Source: an uncultured Pseudomonadales bacterium (GTDB lineage: Bacteria > Pseudomonadota > Gammaproteobacteria > Pseudomonadales > Azotimanducaceae). Taken from it: 64,000 nucleotides of DNA. The DNA lies in assembly GCA_943788715.1 (NCBI GenBank), contig CALSRI010000004.1, positions 29,876-93,875 of the forward strand, in the 5' to 3' direction. Position 1 is the stretch's first letter, and every line of letters begins with the position of its first letter. Of the stretch, positions 60,362 to 64,000 are shown in pieces. The notes under the pieces are model-generated. The model was given only the letters and a program-made list of their open reading frames with translations, was not told the origin of the DNA and did not search any database. The translations under genes were made by a program, and so were the position numbers.

Positions 60362-62959
60362 TTAAGCTGTTGAGTTAGTTGACTCCAAAAAGTCCTGAGC
60401 AAAGCGCTGTAATACACCGCCAGCTTCGTAGATAGAAACCTCTTCAGCGGTGTCTAAACGGCAAGTAGTTTCAACTTCGAGTGTCTCGCCCGACGCCCTT
60501 GTTATGACAACTTTAAGTGTCGCTCCTGGCGTGGGATCGCCGATAACATCGAATGTTTCGGTCCCGTCAATGGCATAAGTATTACGGTTTTCACCATTCT
60601 TGAATTCCAGCGGCAGTACGCCCATACCTACAAGGTTGGTTCTGTGAATGCGCTCAAAGCCTTCAGCTAAAATTGCTTCAACCCCCGCAAGGCGTACGCC
60701 TTTTGCGGCCCAGTCTCTCGAGGAGCCTTGGCCGTAGTCAGCGCCAGCGACAATTATCAGTGGTTGTTTTCTTTGCATGTAAACTTCTATAGCTTCCCAC
60801 ATTCTGCTGACTTTGCCTTCAGGTTCAATTCTTGCCAAAGATCCTTGTTTAGGCTCGCCAGCCTCTAAAACCATCTCATTGATAAGTTTGGGATTGGCGA
60901 ATGTTGCTCGTTGGGCGGTCAGATGGTCGCCGCGGTGGGTTGCGTAGGAGTTAAAGTCTTCCTCGGGCAAACCCATTTTGTCCAAATATTCTCCTGCTGC
61001 ACTGTCTAACATAATGGCGTTAGAAGGAGAGAGGTGGTCTGTAGTGATATTGTCGCCAAGAACCGCCAATGGGCGCATGCCAGATAAGCTACGCTCACCC
61101 GCGAGTGCGCCTTCCCAATAAGGCGGGCGGCGGATATATGTGCTTTCAGGACGCCAGTCATATAGGGGGCTTGTTAGGCTAGTTACGTCTTTTAGCGAGA
61201 CAAACATTGGGTCGTAAACTTTGCTGAACTGTTCTGGCTTTACGCTTGCATTAACAATTTGATCTATCTCTTCATCGCTCGGCCAGATGTCTTTAAGGGT
61301 TATGTTATTGCCGTTGGCATCTGTGCCCAAGATGTCTTTTTCAATATCAAAACGAATGGTCCCGGCGATTGCGTAAGCTACAACAAGAGGAGGGGATGCG
61401 AGGAACGCTTGTTTTGCATGGGGATGTATACGTCCGTCAAAGTTGCGGTTGCCGGAAAGTACTGCGGTAGAATACAGATCACGGTCGATAATCTCTTTTT
61501 GAATTACTGGGTCCAGTGCGCCGCTCATGCCGTTACATGTGGTGCATGCAAACCCGACAATACCAAAGCCTAGTGCCTCTAACTCTTTCAGTAGGTCGGC
61601 ATCTTCAAGATACAACTGTACGGCCTTGGATCCTGGCGCTAATGAAGTTTTAACCCATGGTTTTCTTGTTAGTCCAAGGGCGTTTGCATTGCGCGCCAGC
61701 AGGGCTGCAGCAATTACGTTGCGAGGATTGCTGGTGTTTGTACAGCTGGTGATTGCTGCAATGATTACTGCGCCGTCAGGCATCTGCCCGTCAATGTTTT
61801 CAACTACACCAGAGATTCCCTGCGCGGCAAGGTCTTTTGTAGCTACTCGTCTATGCGGGTTGGATGGACCTGCTATGTTGCGGCCGACGCTAGATAAGTC
61901 AAAGGTAAGGGTCCGCTCATACTCAGCCGTAGTGAGGCTGTCCGCCCAAAGTCCTGTGGTTTTTGCGTAGGTTTCCACCAGCTTCACCTGCTCGGAGTCG
62001 CGGCCTGTTAGTTTTAAATACTCGATAGTTTGCTTGTCGATATAAAACATGGCGGCGGTTGCGCCAAACTCTGGTGTCATATTTGAAATTGTTGCACGGT
62101 CGCCCAAGGTCAACTCGTTAGCGCCTTCGCCAAAAAATTCTAGGTATGAAGAGACTACTTTCTGTTCGCGCAAAAATTCTGTAATGGCTAAGACGATATC
62201 TGTTGCAGTGATACCTGGTTGGCGTCTGCCGGTTAGTTCTACACCAATGATATCTGGTAGGCGCATATACGAGGCGCGGCCAAGCATTACGCTTTCTGCT
62301 TCTAATCCACCAACACCAATAGCGATAACACCAAGTGCATCGACATGAGGTGTATGGCTGTCTGTACCCACTAACGTGTCAGGAAAGGCGATGCCATCTC
62401 TGGCGTGGACTACCGGAGACATTCGCTCCAAGTTGATCTGGTGCATGATGCCGTTGCCAGGTGGGATTACATCGACGTTTTCAAATGCGGTAGCAGTCCA
62501 GTTGATAAAATGAAAGCGGTCGTCATTACGCCGATCCTCAATGGATCTGTTTTTTTCGAATGCATCGCTTTCAAATCCTGGGTGTTCAACGGCGAGGGAG
62601 TGATCGACTATAAGCTGGGTGGGTACAACCGGGTTGACTTTAGACGGGTCTCCGCCCTTGGCCGCAATGGCATCTCTTAAGCCAGCCAAGTCGACTAATG
62701 CAGTTTGTCCGAGTATGTCGTGACAAACTACCCGGGCCGGAAACCAGGGAAAATCTAGATCTTGCTTACGAAAAACAATTTGCTCTAGTGAGGCTGTGAG
62801 TAGTTGCGGATCACAACGACGGACTAAATTTTCTGCTAGTACTCGCGAGGTGTAGGGGAGTGTTGCATAAGCGCCAGGTTTAATCGCATTTACTGCGGCC
62901 TCGGTATCAAAGTAGTCAAGATTGGTGCCGGCGAGTGACTTTCGGTGTAGTTGATTCAT
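60362..62959 (-). CDS. acnD: Fe/S-dependent 2-methylisocitrate dehydratase
   Basis: RVVCHDILGQTALVDLA, DSHT, ITSCTNTSNP, CTTCNGMSG, TTDHLSP and GSSRDWAAKG; upstream of prpF. Confidence 0.96.
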   Translation of the reverse strand: MNQLHRKSLAGTNLDYFDTEAAVNAIKPGAYATLPYTSRVLAENLVRRCDPQLLTASLEQIVFRKQDLDFPWFPARVVCHDILGQTALVDLAGLRDAIAAKGGDPSKVNPVVPTQLIVDHSLAVEHPGFESDAFEKNRSIEDRRNDDRFHFINWTATAFENVDVIPPGNGIMHQINLERMSPVVHARDGIAFPDTLVGTDSHTPHVDALGVIAIGVGGLEAESVMLGRASYMRLPDIIGVELTGRRQPGITATDIVLAITEFLREQKVVSSYLEFFGEGANELTLGDRATISNMTPEFGATAAMFYIDKQTIEYLKLTGRDSEQVKLVETYAKTTGLWADSLTTAEYERTLTFDLSSVGRNIAGPSNPHRRVATKDLAAQGISGVVENIDGQMPDGAVIIAAITSCTNTSNPRNVIAAALLARNANALGLTRKPWVKTSLAPGSKAVQLYLEDADLLKELEALGFGIVGFACTTCNGMSGALDPVIQKEIIDRDLYSTAVLSGNRNFDGRIHPHAKQAFLASPPLVVAYAIAGTIRFDIEKDILGTDANGNNITLKDIWPSDEEIDQIVNASVKPEQFSKVYDPMFVSLKDVTSLTSPLYDWRPESTYIRRPPYWEGALAGERSLSGMRPLAVLGDNITTDHLSPSNAIMLDSAAGEYLDKMGLPEEDFNSYATHRGDHLTAQRATFANPKLINEMVLEAGEPKQGSLARIEPEGKVSRMWEAIEVYMQRKQPLIIVAGADYGQGSSRDWAAKGVRLAGVEAILAEGFERIHRTNLVGMGVLPLEFKNGENRNTYAIDGTETFDVIGDPTPGATLKVVITRASGETLEVETTCRLDTAEEVSIYEAGGVLQRFAQDFLESTNSTA

Positions 62960-63002
62960 CTAATGGTCCATCAGGATTAGTGGCTGCAGTTTATGTCGCT
63001 GC

Positions 63003-63030
63003 AAAAAAATAGGCTACCGAACACGGTAGC
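63003..63030 (-). terminator. intrinsic terminator of purB
   Basis: Minus strand GCTACCG-TGTT-CGGTAGC-CTA-TTTTTTT. Confidence 0.7.
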
Positions 63031-63051
63031 GCGTTGAGTCTTTGCCGCGAT

Positions 63052-64000
<949 letters not shown>

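Overview
Core chromosomal DNA of a gammaproteobacterium whose gene order is strongly Pseudomonadales-like (inference from synteny). Order: asd(partial)-fimV-truA-trpF-trpB-trpA-folC-dedD-cvpA-purF, DUF1289-miaE, lpxH-folD, tRNA-Pro/Arg/His, GST and nitronate monooxygenase, tig-clpP-clpX-lon-hupB-ppiD, mltD/methyltransferase/rnhA/dnaQ, nhaB, nudC, SCP2, sohB, YhdH, CPA2 antiporter, DUF934-cysI, metH, nfuA, aroF, addA-addB, a small accessory patch (about 50.3-52.3 kb), terB-like, DUF465, 5'-nucleotidase, cysB, cysH, thrH, prpBC convergent with acnD-prpF, and purB(partial). I cannot support an intact novel multi-gene system. The strongest unexplained signals are: (1) a decayed integron with an intI N-terminal fragment divergent from two cassette ORFs, one clear attC and several eroded ones, followed by an unidentified ~140-bp inverted-repeat-bounded structured element; (2) a tRNA-Arg(UCU) gene with no encoded CCA whose acceptor stem is extended by a perfect 12-bp leader/trailer helix; (3) a recurring GUGUU motif in the loops of otherwise unrelated 3' hairpins. 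All family calls were made by eye from motifs and remembered consensus; no searches were run.
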